From contig OZ024743.1 in the NCBI GenBank assembly GCA_964016885.1, forward strand, positions 65,410,001-65,474,000: 64,000 nt of DNA, read 5' to 3'. The stretch is from Eledone cirrhosa. Lineage: Eukaryota. Position numbers and translations under genes: made by a program. Shown here piece after piece: positions 41,787-55,648 of the stretch (position 1 is its first letter; each line of letters opens with the position of its first letter). The notes under the pieces were generated by a model. It did not search any database and was not told where the DNA came from. It worked only from the letters and a program-made list of their open reading frames with translations.

Positions 41787-42627
41787 CTTTAGACTATCTA
41801 GGTGCAGTCAGATGGGAAATAGATGTTTTGCAATTGTCATTCTATAAATATTTATTTTACACAGACACGAGTCTCCCGGTATATAGTCAGGTAGATGGAA
41901 AATTACGTGACTTTTAGGGTAAAATGAAATAAAGATGTTGTGGCTTTCATGCATTCTCAAACGTTGTAAAGTATCAGCGTAAATGAAGCAGTATGATCCA
42001 GAAATGGAAACGGAGCCAGTGATATCTCCTATGTTCTCTGCTTCCTTTGTTATCGTGTAACAACACTGACAAATGGAACATAGCTCCAATGATACAATGT
42101 TGTGACTGTTTTTGTTTAACCCCAGGCAGACAGGCACGTGTAAATCTAATAACAGGACCTGGTCAGATATGTTATATATAGACACTCAGTTGTTAATAGG
42201 CCCAGGACAGGTATACAATGTTGGCTGCATCTCAAGCTGTTCAATATGACCTATGTATGGCGCGTGGCTGTGGTTAGAGTACCTGTACCTGTATTAGTGG
42301 CGGCGTTTACCTGGGGTAGGTTGAGCCGGCTCCACTGAAGGAATTCACTGTGTAAGTTCATTTCAATGGAGTTTCTTCGAGCGATTGGTTTCACAAGCAG
42401 TGTCCAGTCGCAAGTATATACACTTTAGGATAGTGCAATCCAAGCATTACATCGGTTATAGCCCCAATCTCTCTCTTTCACACCAAACCAAATTGGGTGG
42501 AGCCAGTGCACCGACGGGGACATATGAGAGGAAGTTTGGCCGGCAGAGATGATAAACAACCTATTTGAGCAATTTTGTAGACCAACAGGAGCTCACCTCA
42601 CTGCCCAGCTCAGGCATACCGACCTTT

Positions 42628-42960
42628 GGCACCAGTGGTTAGAGTGTTGCATTCAAAATCGTGAGGTTGAGAATTCGATTCCCAGTCAAAGAGGTACGTT
42701 GTGGCCGTGAGCAAGACACTTTGTTCCCATTGTTCCAGTTTACACAGCTGGAAAAATTGAGTTGCGACATCACTGGTGCCAATCTGTATCAGCCTTGGCC
42801 TTTCGTTTGGACAACATCGGTGGTGTGGAGAGGGGAGACTGATATGTACGGGCGACTGTTTATCTTCCACAAAAACACCTTGTCCTGTCTTGTGCCATAG
42901 AGTGAAACTTTCTAGGTAGAAAACCCATGGTCATTCGTGACCAAAGGGCTTTTTTACTTT
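42628..42960 (+). mobile_element. tRNA-derived CORE-type SINE, near full length
   Basis: AGTGGTTAGAGTG...GAATTCGATTCCC...GAGCAAGACACTTT; 3' part matches 21800-22025. Confidence 0.75.
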
Positions 42961-43125
42961 ATAGCTTAGGACAATAAATTAATCGTCGCAGGAATGCTAC
43001 CACTTAAAATAAAATTTCACCGGATATAGATTAGTAGAATTAAAATAAGCGGGTAGGGAAGCTAGAATAAGAGTAGGGGTGGTGGAAAAAATTTGAAAAA
43101 TTAATAAGCGTGGTGTGGTGTGTGT

Positions 43126-43156
<31 letters not shown>

Positions 43157-43267
43157 CACGATCATTCGATACTCGAGAGCACGCCTTTTATGTTCTCAAG
43201 TCCTGCCAGAATTGACTCGGTTTCCCTCCTACAGTGGATGAAAACACCAGAGAATTATTGCACTTTA

Positions 43268-43782
43268 GTTCATCGGCTGACCAAATGAGGTTTATTTTTC
43301 AACAAAGCCCCTGGAAAGAAACAATGCAGTTATTAATAAAGAGTTGAAATTAAGGCATGCAAGATTTCACAGCGCTAGCATTACTCCTTCATAGGCTGAC
43401 CAAGATACTCTCATGGAATGACCAAATGAGGTACATTTTTCAACATAGCTCCTGGAAAGAAACAATGCAGTTATTAATAAAGTGTTGAAATTAATGCATG
43501 CAAGATTTCACAGCGCTAGCATTACTCCGTCATAGGGTGACCAAGATACTCTCATGGAATGACCAAATGAGGTTTATTTTTCAACATAGACCCTGGAAAG
43601 AAACAATGCAGTTATTAATAAAGAGTTGAAATTAATGCATGCAAGATTTCACAGCGCTAGCATTACTCCTTCATAGGGTGACCAAGATACTCTCATGGAA
43701 TGACCAAATGAGGTACACTTTTCAATATAGTCACAAACAAAAAAAAAACAATGCAGCTATTAATAAGAAGATTGAAATTATT
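43268..43782. repeat. 141-bp tandem array (~3.7 units) derived from the interior of the mariner-like MITE
   Basis: TTACTCC recurs at 43381, 43522 and 43663; the unit matches 27655-27803. Confidence 0.88.
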
Positions 43783-44259
43783 GGAGACACGAGAATACAC
43801 AATTAATATAGTTTATTATAGGAGAGGAGATGAGACTGGATATAAAATAAGATATTTATGATGTTCAAGATAGATATCTTCCATTCTGTAAAATGACTTC
43901 CATGTTGAATTATAAGATATCAGGATTTGTTGGCAGAGGAGTATATCTTACCGGAAGTTAATTAATAGATAAACCGGGGAAATTGAAAAGATTACAAAAT
44001 ATAGGAATTCTTTAGGAAATGAGCATACATACATACATACTTACTTGCACACACAGACACACACACATATATATATACATACATACTTACATACTTACTT
44101 ACACACACATACACACACACGCACACACACACACATGTATATATATATATGGACATACATATTTACATACGTACATACATATATACATACATACATATTT
44201 ACGTATATATTTACATACATACATATTTACATACATATTTTTTACTTACATATATACAT

Positions 44260-44317
<58 letters not shown>

Positions 44318-44563
44318 ATACAAATTCAGAAACGATATATATATATATATATATATACGTATAAACATACACACACAGACACACACACATATACATATAT
44401 ATATATACTTACATACATATATATTTACAATACATACTTACATATTTAAACACATACTTATACACTCTCACACATACATACATATTTATATACTTACCTG
44501 CATATATACATACATACATATATATTTACATACATACTTACTTACGTACATACACATGCACAC

Positions 44564-44650
<87 letters not shown>

Positions 44651-44818
44651 CATACATACACGTATACATACGTGCTTACATACATACGTACACACATAAA
44701 TACATATATACGGTCATACTTTGTGTGTGTGTGTGCGTTGCGTGTTCAAAATAAGTGAGTCAGTTATGTATGTAGTTGGAGATGTAGGGACATTAACATA
44801 AACTTAGTATTTAGCTCA

Positions 44819-45156
44819 GACATATGATGTCAGTATAGCGACAGCTCAACTTAAACTTCTGTTAAGTTGATTGACACCAGAAGGAAACGTACGATAAACG
44901 TACAGTTCATTTCTGACATATGATGTCAGTATAACAACAGCTCAACTTAAACCTCTGTTAAGTTGACACCAGAAGGAAACGTACCATAAACGTACAGTTC
45001 ATTTCTGACATATGATGTCAGTATAACAACAGCTCAACTTAAACCTCTGTTAAGTTGACACCAGAAGGAAACGTACGATAAACGTACAGTTCATTTCTGA
45101 CATATGATGTCAGTATAACAACAGCTCAACTTAAACCTCTGTTAAGTAGACACCAG
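44819..45156. repeat. 92-bp tandem array (~3.6 units)
   Basis: CATATGATGTCAG at 44821, 44917, 45009 and 45101. Confidence 0.92.
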
Positions 45157-45879
45157 GACGGTACAGATGAGTGAGGAGAGCTCTCTAGTTCCGGGAAAAT
45201 AGATTAGGTAAGTGTTTGATTTATGTGGTGAGTGAGATATGGTAGTGATGAAGGGGTTGAGGGTTGTGTTGTTTGATGTGGTGAGTAAGACATGATAGTG
45301 ATGGGGGTTATGTGGTGAGTGAGACATGATAATGCTGAGTGAAACATATGTGATGAGGGGGGGGGGGGCAGGTTACGTGGTGAGTGTGGCGTAAAAGTGT
45401 TGAGGGAGGTTGGTGTTGTTTTATGTAATGAGTGAGACGATAATGATGAGTGAGACTTGATAGTAGTGGTGAGTAAGACATAATGATGAGGGTGGTGGTG
45501 GCGATGTTGTTTTGATACGTCAGATTAAATTCCAGTTCTGTGCTTAAAATTTAAATCCCACTAGACGCAAATTTGCCGCATATGTTTCGGGTCGATAAAT
45601 AAAGTACCAGTCTAGCGGGATCAGTAGATTGGCTAAAGTATTAATGAGTCAAATAAGATGCATAATGGTCTGAGTTCAAATCCGGCCCCTCCTCTGTCAG
45701 GAGTTGTGATCAGCAGATCAGTATTAGCAATAGAAAGACCAATGTAGTTTCCTCAGTTAGATCTGACAATCGGATCCGTTTTGTTTTAATCCCAGGTCAA
45801 CCCCGATTGAGAAGACCTTATTACCATATCAGGCAAGATATTTCTTTGGTTACATTTTTTCAGATTTTACAAATCAGTT

Positions 45880-46250
45880 TGGGACAACGTTACTTGATAG
45901 AGTGCTTAACTCGGAGATCTGGGAGTCACTGCAGGTTGAGTCACTACTTCTCCAAATTGAGAGCCCACAGCCCCGATACTATGAGCATGTGGTTATAATG
46001 TCTCAGGAAAGAATCGCTAGACAGATTTTACGGGTAAAACAAACCGACGGGAGACCCAGGGGAAGACTTCGAGCAAGATCGTTGGATAACATCCATGAGC
46101 TTAGCTGGTCTCGGGGATCCAGCCGTTACAGTTAGAGAGGGTTGCTTCTGATAGGACCTGCTGGAAAGAGTGTTTAAGGACTTTGCCCCCACGACACTCT
46201 CAGGATAAGTGAGAGAAGAAGAAGAAGAAGAAGAAGAAGAAGAAGAAGAA
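45880..46250 (+). mobile_element. RTE-type LINE 3' remnant with (GAA)n tail
   Basis: MSQERIARQILRVKQTDGRPRGRLRARSLDNI followed by (GAA)n; a relative lies at 49755-50020. Confidence 0.75.
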
Positions 46251-46701
46251 ATTTGAACGAAAGATCCTGAATTCGGAATACCATTGCGAAATATATTCCA
46301 GCTCTTTGTGTCTTGAGTTCGAATCTAGGCGAAGTTCACCCTGCCTTTCATTCATTCACAGTCAATAAAGTAACAGTCATTAGATGACTGGTTAGGACGC
46401 CATGGTATTTTTTTCCAGATCTTAGCATTGTGATTTCAACTCCTGGCAATACTTACTTGGGTGGTAGACTTAATCTGTCACCTAGTTTAACACTACCACT
46501 TGGTTCATAGATAGGTTTAGCGGAGTCCACTCTGTTGCAGGTATCCGGGAGTCGTCTTCAGCTTGAGGACAACCCCTCTCTCCCTTTAGTCATGAGCACT
46601 GCTCTTCCCTTTCCCTAATCGGTAAATTTAAATAAACAAATAGACACATAGATAAATGAAAGAAAAATTGTCATTCTGATATCTGTATGTATATATGTAT
46701 G

Positions 46702-46767
<66 letters not shown>

Positions 46768-46940
46768 TACAATATCGGAGAAAGCATTTTAGCGATACTC
46801 CGGCCAAATTCCAACTCACTCGACAAACATTAGGAAATAAGTGATTATATTCCCAATTATGCATTCGGGGTGCTAACTAAAAGTATTACGTGGAAAATTG
46901 GCTGTATTATTTCATATGAGACATATCTAATATCTCTCTC

Positions 46941-47109
<169 letters not shown>

Positions 47110-47997
47110 GTGTGGGTGCGTGTCGGAGCAGGTGCGTGCGTATATGTATGTAATTAAGACCGCCAATTGCCTAAACTTAAACGTTGGTACATCTAGAATA
47201 AACGAAAGCTATCCATGAGCTGAAGCAAATGTAATACACACGACTTTACTAACCAGACCCACACCACACAAGGAAAAATAAAAATCACAGAGCTAATGTG
47301 ATAACAGACGTCATCAAACTGCAGCCGTTGTATTATGTATTTTCTATAATATAAATCTGCAGCGACTACAATGTGTATGTATGTGTATGTATATATATAT
47401 AAAATCTACCCAACGGTTTATTACTGAGACATTCTAACCACTTGCCTGTAATATCGGAATTATATTAATATCTCTCAATTCAGTGAAATAGGGATCTTTG
47501 ATATTCGAGTTACGTACTTTATTGAATCAAGTTACTCCAAAGACCAAAAACGTTATTTTGATGTTCTTTATATTTGGTTTTATTTTTTATAATTTAATTT
47601 TAATTTAATTATTTTTATTTTTATTCTATTATTCAAATCTGTTTTGGATATTTTTTTATAAGCTCTTGGCGTAAGTACAAACACATAAACGAAACTTATT
47701 AAAATCTGCCACTTAATAACATGTCTATTACTGGTTCAAGGCTGCAGTAATCCACTGAGATTTAAGTGTAAAATAATCTATATCATTTTACTTATTAAAC
47801 CCAGAGATAGGATGCCGAATATGATGGTTGCTGCTGCTTATAACTCTTGCTCTCCTTTTTATGTTTAGTTGCTTTTTTTGTGTCTATGTTTTCTTCCTCC
47901 AGTAGAGGTGGAGGGTGTTTATCCACTCTGCATCATACCATATATCGAGTACTACTCGGATTTGTGGTTTTGCCGGCCTTCGAACCGCAGACACTAC

Positions 47998-48068
<71 letters not shown>

Positions 48069-48071
<3 letters not shown>

Positions 48072-48593
48072 CGAAGGAAATGTGGTAAGGAACCAAGTGG
48101 ACCATAACGCACCAAAGTACTCAATACTTAGGGTAGTAGAGTGGGTAATAGGAACAAGTAAGACCCCGACGGCTGAGCTCAAGCCGTTTCGACGGCTATA
48201 TCACCCCCGAGACCGCTCCTCGTACCGGGTTTCCTCCCATGGTTATGCGTACGCGTGCCCCTCGCCAATGTGGTGGTGTCGGGTTCATGGTGTTTAGTTG
48301 TTTTCACTCTGCTTGTATTGTTAGGGTCCCTCTCCCAGATCCCGTGAGTCGGGGTATCCGTTGGGCTATCCCCGTCATGGTGCCTTGGATTATATGATAT
48401 ATTTTGGCCATGCGCCGCCTTATTTAGAGCTGCGTTGTAATATTCCGCGTTGCTATCGAAGATATCCTTATTTGCGGACCGGCTGGAGATCCTGTCCGAG
48501 ACACTCTTCACTACGGCCTTAATTATGGATCTAAGGTGGTTTGACTTCCATCGAAACGGCTTGAGCTCAGCCGTCGGGGTCTTACTTGTTCCT

Positions 48594-48596
<3 letters not shown>
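48069..48596. mobile_element. Fold-back family F element enclosing a PLE ORF fragment
   Basis: Arms 48069-48199 (-) and 48551-48595 (+). The insert on the minus strand reads [46 protein letters not shown] (PLE post-RT helical region). Confidence 0.8.
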
Positions 48597-48654
<58 letters not shown>

Positions 48655-48667
48655 TATATATATATAT

Positions 48668-48717
<50 letters not shown>

Positions 48718-48720
<3 letters not shown>

Positions 48721-49098
48721 GAGGTTATATTTAATTTGTTGGGATAAAACAAGCTTAAAAATATTTTTATAACTGATATAAAGCACCCAACAGATTTTGG
48801 AGTAAATATACAATATATTAACAAATGGAAACTATATTTATAAAACCATATTTATTTTATTATACATATTTCAAGGGCCACCAAGGCAAATTATGGTGCG
48901 CTTTCATGACTATCCAGGAAGCTCCAACCGTTAAGGTTGTTTTTTTCAGGGTATGTCAATATTTATTTATAAAACTAATCTGTATTGTATTTTATCTGAT
49001 GAAAGCGCACCATAATTTGCATTGGTGGCCCTTGAAATATGTATAATAAAATAAATATGGTTTGATAAATATAGTTTCCATTTGTTAATATATTGTAT
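48718..49098. mobile_element. Fold-back PLE miniature, family H
   Basis: Matches 24758-25210; HHR core CTGATGA at ~48996. Confidence 0.8.
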
Positions 49099-49291
49099 AT
49101 ATATAAATATATATATCGTTTTCGATCGTTTACACAGCTGATGAACATTTCTTTTCTTCACTTATTTCGTCCATACTACCATCTTAAACTTTGTTTACAG
49201 TAACCACACACCTCCTTTCGTTTCTTATATATATATATATATAAATATATATATATGTATGTATATGTATATATGTATATATATATATAAG

Positions 49292-49352
<61 letters not shown>

Positions 49353-49754
49353 TGAGAGTGAGAGAAAAGGTGAAGTTCGAAATAGCACGGAAAATATATT
49401 TAAGGGTCTATTTTTCTTTTTTTATCTTTTCTTTGATTCGTCATTAGTTCAAATCCCGTCGAGGTTAACTTTGCCTTTCATCCTTACGGGGTTGATAAAA
49501 TAAAGTACCAGTAATGTACTGGATGATTGCTGGCCTTGTGCCAAAAGTAGAAACAATTATTGAAAAGATGACATTATAGAAAAAATGAGAGGGACAATTC
49601 TTTTAAAAAAGAGTTTTATAATGTATATAAAGTATATAAAGTATTACCGGTTTCGATGTATAAATATATTTTCGTGCTATTTCCAACTTCACCTTTTCTC
49701 TATATCCACTGTTTTGTATAGAACCTTACTTCCCTTTACTAATATATATATATA

Positions 49755-50022
49755 TTCTACTATCCGAAGATCTTACGGGCAAAACCAACCGACAGGAGAC
49801 CCACGGGTAGACTCTGAACAAGATCGTTGGGTACCATCTATGAGATTGGCTGGTCTCGCTTAGGGATCAAGCCGGATTAGTTGGAAACAGTTGCTTCTGA
49901 CAGGACCCGCCGGAAGGAGTGATTGAGGACTTTGCCTCCACGACCCTTTCAGGAATAAGTGGGTGAAGAAGAAGAAGAAGAAGAAGAAGAAGAAGAAGAA
50001 GAAGAAGAAGAAGAAGAAGAAA
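49755..50022 (+). mobile_element. RTE-type LINE 3' remnant with (GAA)n tail
   Basis: Similar to 46015-46250. Confidence 0.7.
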
Positions 50023-50264
50023 CAACGGGAAAACAACACAGATACACAAGACAACACAACACCGACATAAAATAAACAAAGAAACTAAATAACAAGAAAT
50101 TATCTTTAGATATATTTTAATAGTTGAACTCTGATTAACGTTTTAATGTTTTTACTGTCTCAGAATTTCACTTAATTTTGAGACTAGAAAGAAATCAAGG
50201 TTTAAATCAAGATCTAACTGTATTAATGAAGTCTTGGTGTTTTCAATATTAGTTCTAGTATTAA

Positions 50265-50930
50265 TGATGGTGGTGGATTGACAGAGTTATTAAAGCATCG
50301 GACAACAGGTTTTATGGCATAGGGTTACACCCCTTTACGATCCGAGTTCAATTCCTGCCAAGGTTAACTTTGTCTTTCATCCTTACGTGGTCGGTAAAAT
50401 AAAGAACCAGTAATGCACTGCGGTCGATTTTATTCGAATTTCCCCTTCTCCAAAATTGTTGGCCTTGTGCCTAAATCAGAAACCATTATTAATTTTAGGA
50501 TTAATAATAGTGCTGGATTGACAGAATTGGTAGAGCATCGAATAAAATATCATTTTGCTATTTGTTCTGGCTCTTTATATTCTGAGTTCAATTTCTGCCA
50601 AGATCAACTTGCCCGTTGATCCGGTTGGGATGATAAAATAAAGTACCAGCTAAGTACTGCTCAACCCTCTATATATGTAAGGTGGTGGATTGGCAGAATT
50701 GGTAGGGCGCTGGATAAAATCAATTTAGGTGTTTCTAACTCTATATATACCGAGTTCCAATCCCGCCGACATCAACTTTGTGCTTCCCTTAAGTTAGAAA
50801 TCAATGTTAGTTTTAGGGTTATAAATCTGGTGAGATGGCAGAAAGAGTTGGAATATCAGACTGAAATCTTTGTGTATTTAGTTACAATATTCTGAGTTCA
50901 AATTTCATCAGTCGAAGTTGATTTCACATA
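50265..50930 (+). mobile_element. Four co-oriented degenerate tRNA SINEs
   Basis: Repeated GGTGGATTGRCAGA...GAGTTCAA heads at ~50270, 50512, 50682 and 50828. Confidence 0.65.
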
Positions 50931-51511
50931 CTAGAAAGATACAAACAACATTTAAAAAAAGACGATCACACATTATGCCAAGGCGAGTTATACCATTTCT
51001 GTAAGACTGTGTGAACATGTATGAAAATCTGAAACAATTTATTTCAATCTTTTAGTAAATTTATGAAGGGATTAAAATTATATACTGCACGAAATATACT
51101 AACTGTATACAAAGCTCATGGTGGTCCATTCTTCCTATGTATTTCTTTTTATCACTTGAAGAAATAGGCTGTTCCGACTTAGATAGGGATGGGCTCCACC
51201 GGGCTTAAAATGCCCACGTACAGCAAAAAAATACGATTCTATCAAGAACGGCGTCCCCATGACACGGTCAGGAGTTAAGAGCCCTTTACAAAGTTCATGA
51301 CTCACAATGGAATACTGATCCCAAATATGGGACAGTGATGCACGGACATTTTAGGCCGCACCCAAAGAAAGGCCAATCGACTACTTGGCATGAAGCGCCT
51401 CCTCACGATTACATTTCTATATTTACATATAACATTAAACTAATATTTATCTTCATTGCAGTTTGGGGTATCAGACTAATATGTATGTGTGTGTGTGTAA
51501 AGGCAGTTCCT

Positions 51512-52011
51512 ACAAACCAAAATTGAGATACAGGGATTGTATTAAAAGCACACTAGAGAAGATGAAAATATCGGAGAATGACTGGGAGAACCTCGCTTTT
51601 CTGGAGGAAGGTAGTACGTGATGGGAGGGGAGAATTTGAAAGAAACTGTGTTGAGTATGAACAGCTCAAGCAGTGTGCTTGTAAGGGCCTTGAGGTTGGT
51701 TTGTTTAAGTATCTTGGCATGCAGGTTGATTTAACCTGAAACGAATGTGGCCGGTTATGTGTAAAGGGGTGGGCCTGGGAAGTCATTGGAGAAGCCACGT
51801 ACACGAGGACTCTGTCAACTGTGCCTTGTATGGCATTTCTGTTTATGGGGAGTGTGGAAGTGTGCTACAGTTGGTGGACTGAAATTTTATTTGAAAGTGC
51901 ACCAAAACATGACTGTAACACCTACTGCAAGGGGCTCCTATTGTTGCAGCGTCTGTTGTGCATTACCGAAATCGAATTGCAACCATCATCATCATCATCA
52001 TCATCATCATT
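51512..52011 (+). mobile_element. RTE-type LINE 3' remnant with (CAT)n tail
   Basis: Manual translation KPKLRYRDCIKSTLEKMKISENDWENLA../WRKVVRDG..ECGRLC; (CAT)n at 51984-52010. Confidence 0.65.
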
Positions 52012-52202
52012 ATATATATATATATATATATAGTAATAATAATTGAAGACCAAAATCCGGATTATATATATATATATACATACATATATATATATATCAC
52101 GATACATTAACGGAGCCATGGACTCTCGCCGTTCCCTGTAAATAATGTGCTCAAAGGAGAGGAAATCCTGAGCACTTTAAAATACAATATGTTGAAAACA
52201 GG

Positions 52203-52250
<48 letters not shown>

Positions 52251-52274
52251 GTAGAGCAAATACACACCCACACA

Positions 52275-52319
<45 letters not shown>

Positions 52320-52321
<2 letters not shown>

Positions 52322-52750
52322 CGAAGGAAGTGTGGTAAGGGACCAGATGGACCATAACGCACAAGAGTACTCAATACTTAGAGTAGTAGAGTGGGTAATA
52401 GAGTGGATGTTCAAAAGACCCCGACGGCAGAGCTCGAACCGTTTCGACGTCCAGAAATAGCCGTCGAAACTGCTTGAGCTCTGTCGTCGGGGTCTTGAAC
52501 ATCCTATATATATATATATATAGGAACGAGTAGGACCCCGACGGCTGAGCTCAAGCCGTTTCGACGGCTAATTCTGGACTAAATGAAAATTTTTATCCTA
52601 AATTTTCATTTAGTCCAGAATTAGCCGTTGAAACGGCTTGAGCTCAGCCGTCGGGGTCCTACTCGTTCCTATTACCCACTCTACTACCCTAAGTATTGAG
52701 TACTTTGGTGCGTTATGGTCCACCTGGTTCCTTACCATATTTCCTTCGAT
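52320..52750. mobile_element. Two adjacent fold-back family F miniatures (52320-52506, 52521-52750)
   Basis: Same sequence as 11081-11278, separated by (TA)n. Confidence 0.8.
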
Positions 52751-52870
52751 ATATATATATATATATAAAATTATATATAATTTCATATATATGCATATAT
52801 ATGCATATATATGTATATATAATATAATTATATATAATTACATATATATGCATATATATATATGTATATA

Positions 52871-52979
<109 letters not shown>

Positions 52980-53011
52980 GTGTATATATATATATATGTA
53001 TATATACATAC

Positions 53012-53067
<56 letters not shown>

Positions 53068-53075
<8 letters not shown>

Positions 53076-54180
53076 ATACTTTGGGAGGGTCATGTTGCCA
53101 ATAAGAAACACACGCACCAGTTGCTTTCACTTCAATTTATTATATATTTATAAATTTATAAATTTACAAATCTACAAACTTATAAATTATAAATTTCTGG
53201 TTGGTTGGTTGGTTCCACAACCAGATAGTTGTTTATATATATAGTCATAGTCCTTTCGTCCACACACTCTGTGACCTCTTCAGTGACTGGGGATTCCTTT
53301 CTTCGTTTCTGTGCCTTTTCTTTCTTCTATCCTACGCCATTTTGTTTCTGTGTGTGTGTTGTGTGCTCAGTTTGCGCATGTGCCACATCCGGGTGTCTGT
53401 GTGTGTTTGTGTTCATTTTTCTATTTGTTTATTATTTATTGTTGGTTGGTTGTTTGTTCTATGTGTGTGTGTGTTTTCATTTTGTCCTGTGTGTGTTTTC
53501 ATTTTGTGTGTGTTTTCAATTGTAAGTTGTTTGTTCTATGTGTGTGTGTGTTTTCATTTTGTCCTTAATTGTAAGTTGTGATGTTGCTGTTCCACTCATA
53601 TTTTCTATTTAATTTTGGTTTTAATTCTTTTATGCTTACTGCCTCTGTAATTTGCCTAAACATTGCGTCTTTTCTGTGCGTGGATTCTATTTTTATTTCT
53701 ATGCTCTCTAATCTACCCCTGTGTTCTATCTTAGCATGTTGGTAGAGCACAGATGATTTTTTATTATCTTGGAGGTCTCGCCAGTGTTCATTTATTCGTT
53801 CCCCTATACTACGAGCTATCTCACCTATGTACACTATATTTTTGTTTCTACATTGTCCTTCAGTACATCTTATGCTATACACTACATTTCTAGTTTTACA
53901 GTTAATATGGGGGCTTATTTTACAGGTTATACATTTCTTATCTATACATGAGGGTCTTTGGAACGGGTATGTCTTGCTAATAAGTGTTTTTACGGAGGTA
54001 CCAGGTCTTTCTACTATCTTAATATTGAGATTATGTTTATTTAGGGCCCTTCTAAATTTGTAGGCTAGTTCGCCTCTAGGGGTTGTATTGATGAACATTA
54101 CACTCTGGTATTTATTGCTATCATACCATGAGTTTATTCTATTGGCCTTGTTCCTAGTTCTTTCTATTCAGAAACGAAAT
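53068..54180 (-). mobile_element. PLE family A, 5'-truncated copy: GIY-YIG domain, 3' UTR, HHR, terminus
   Basis: ORF 53565..54098 closely similar to the C-terminus of 14..1621; (TA)n on both sides. Confidence 0.93.
53243..53288 (-). ncRNA. Minimal hammerhead ribozyme in the PLE A terminus
   Basis: AGTCA-CTGAAGA-ggtcac..gtggac-GAAA-GGA-CTA-TGACT: stem I AGTCA/TGACT. Confidence 0.7.
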
Positions 54181-54774
54181 ATATATATATATATATACAA
54201 AAATCGAAATTAAGAGTATTCCGCAGTTCACTGTAATAATAATAATAATAGTATTATTAGCTCAAAGAAGAATAGAGAATTTCCTTCCGAGCTCAAATGT
54301 AAGTATATATTACACAAAGAGAAATGTGTTACACAGTGAGAAGTGTGTAAAGAATTATTACAAGTGATTTTATCGTTATTGTATAGGGAACAATATCTAC
54401 AGGTAAGCACTTAAATAGAAAAAAAACAGATCAGAATCAAATCTCTGGATTGGAATTTTAAATCACAAACCTTATAACTATATTTTGCTGATACGAACCT
54501 AGTTTTTCGTTTCACCACTTATATGTGTCACCACCTATATGTGTAGAATAATAGTCCAACATAGATCATCAGTCAGCAAAATGCGAGACTGAATCCTGCA
54601 CATCTAACCTTCATAGCTGGAGAGATTGCAAATAGACACGCGGGCCAGAGTGGGCGAAATCACGTGTTATTCGAATCAAATAACGGCTCTCATGGATTAA
54701 CGGTAAAATCACTTGTAATAATTCTTTACACACTTCTCACTGTGTAACACATTTCTCTTTGTATAATATATACT

Positions 54775-54965
<191 letters not shown>

Positions 54966-55029
54966 AAACATTGAATGGGAACAAAACAGAGAGGCAGTAC
55001 GAACAAAGGTTTATTAGTTTCACGCTCTT

Positions 55030-55068
<39 letters not shown>

Positions 55069-55648
55069 TGTATATATATATAACCAAAGATTAATATGGT
55101 TCGTTGATTACTCAATGAATACAATTTTACAATAGATTAAAAGCACTCAACAAAAAAGTTTTCCTGGAGTTTCTAATATTATTCAAAATATTAACAAATG
55201 AAAGATATTCACATAATCAAAATATATGCTTTATTATATATATTTTAAAGGTACTGTGTTGTTTTTTTTCAGTACGTCTTCATCAGATAAAATATATGAT
55301 TTGATATATGACATACCGCTACGGTCTTGATTATACAATTCCAGTATTGGCAGTCAATACTGTAATTGTATAATTGTTTCTACTTTCGGCACAAAGCCAG
55401 CAATTACCCAGTACATTACTGGTACTTTATTTTATCGACTCGTAAGGATGAAAGGCAAAGTTAACCTTGGCGGGATTTGAACTCAGGTCGTAAAGGGACG
55501 TAACTATGCTGGAAAGCATGTCCAACCCTCTACCAATTCTAGTGGTATGTCATATATCAAATCATATATTTTATCCGATGAAGACGTACTGAAAAAAAAA
55601 AAACACAGTACCTTTGAAATATATATAATAAAGCATATATTTTGATTA

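Noticed and set aside
43268-45156. 141-bp and 92-bp arrays as CRISPR-like
   Set aside because: Contiguous units without unique spacers, no cas genes, eukaryotic context.
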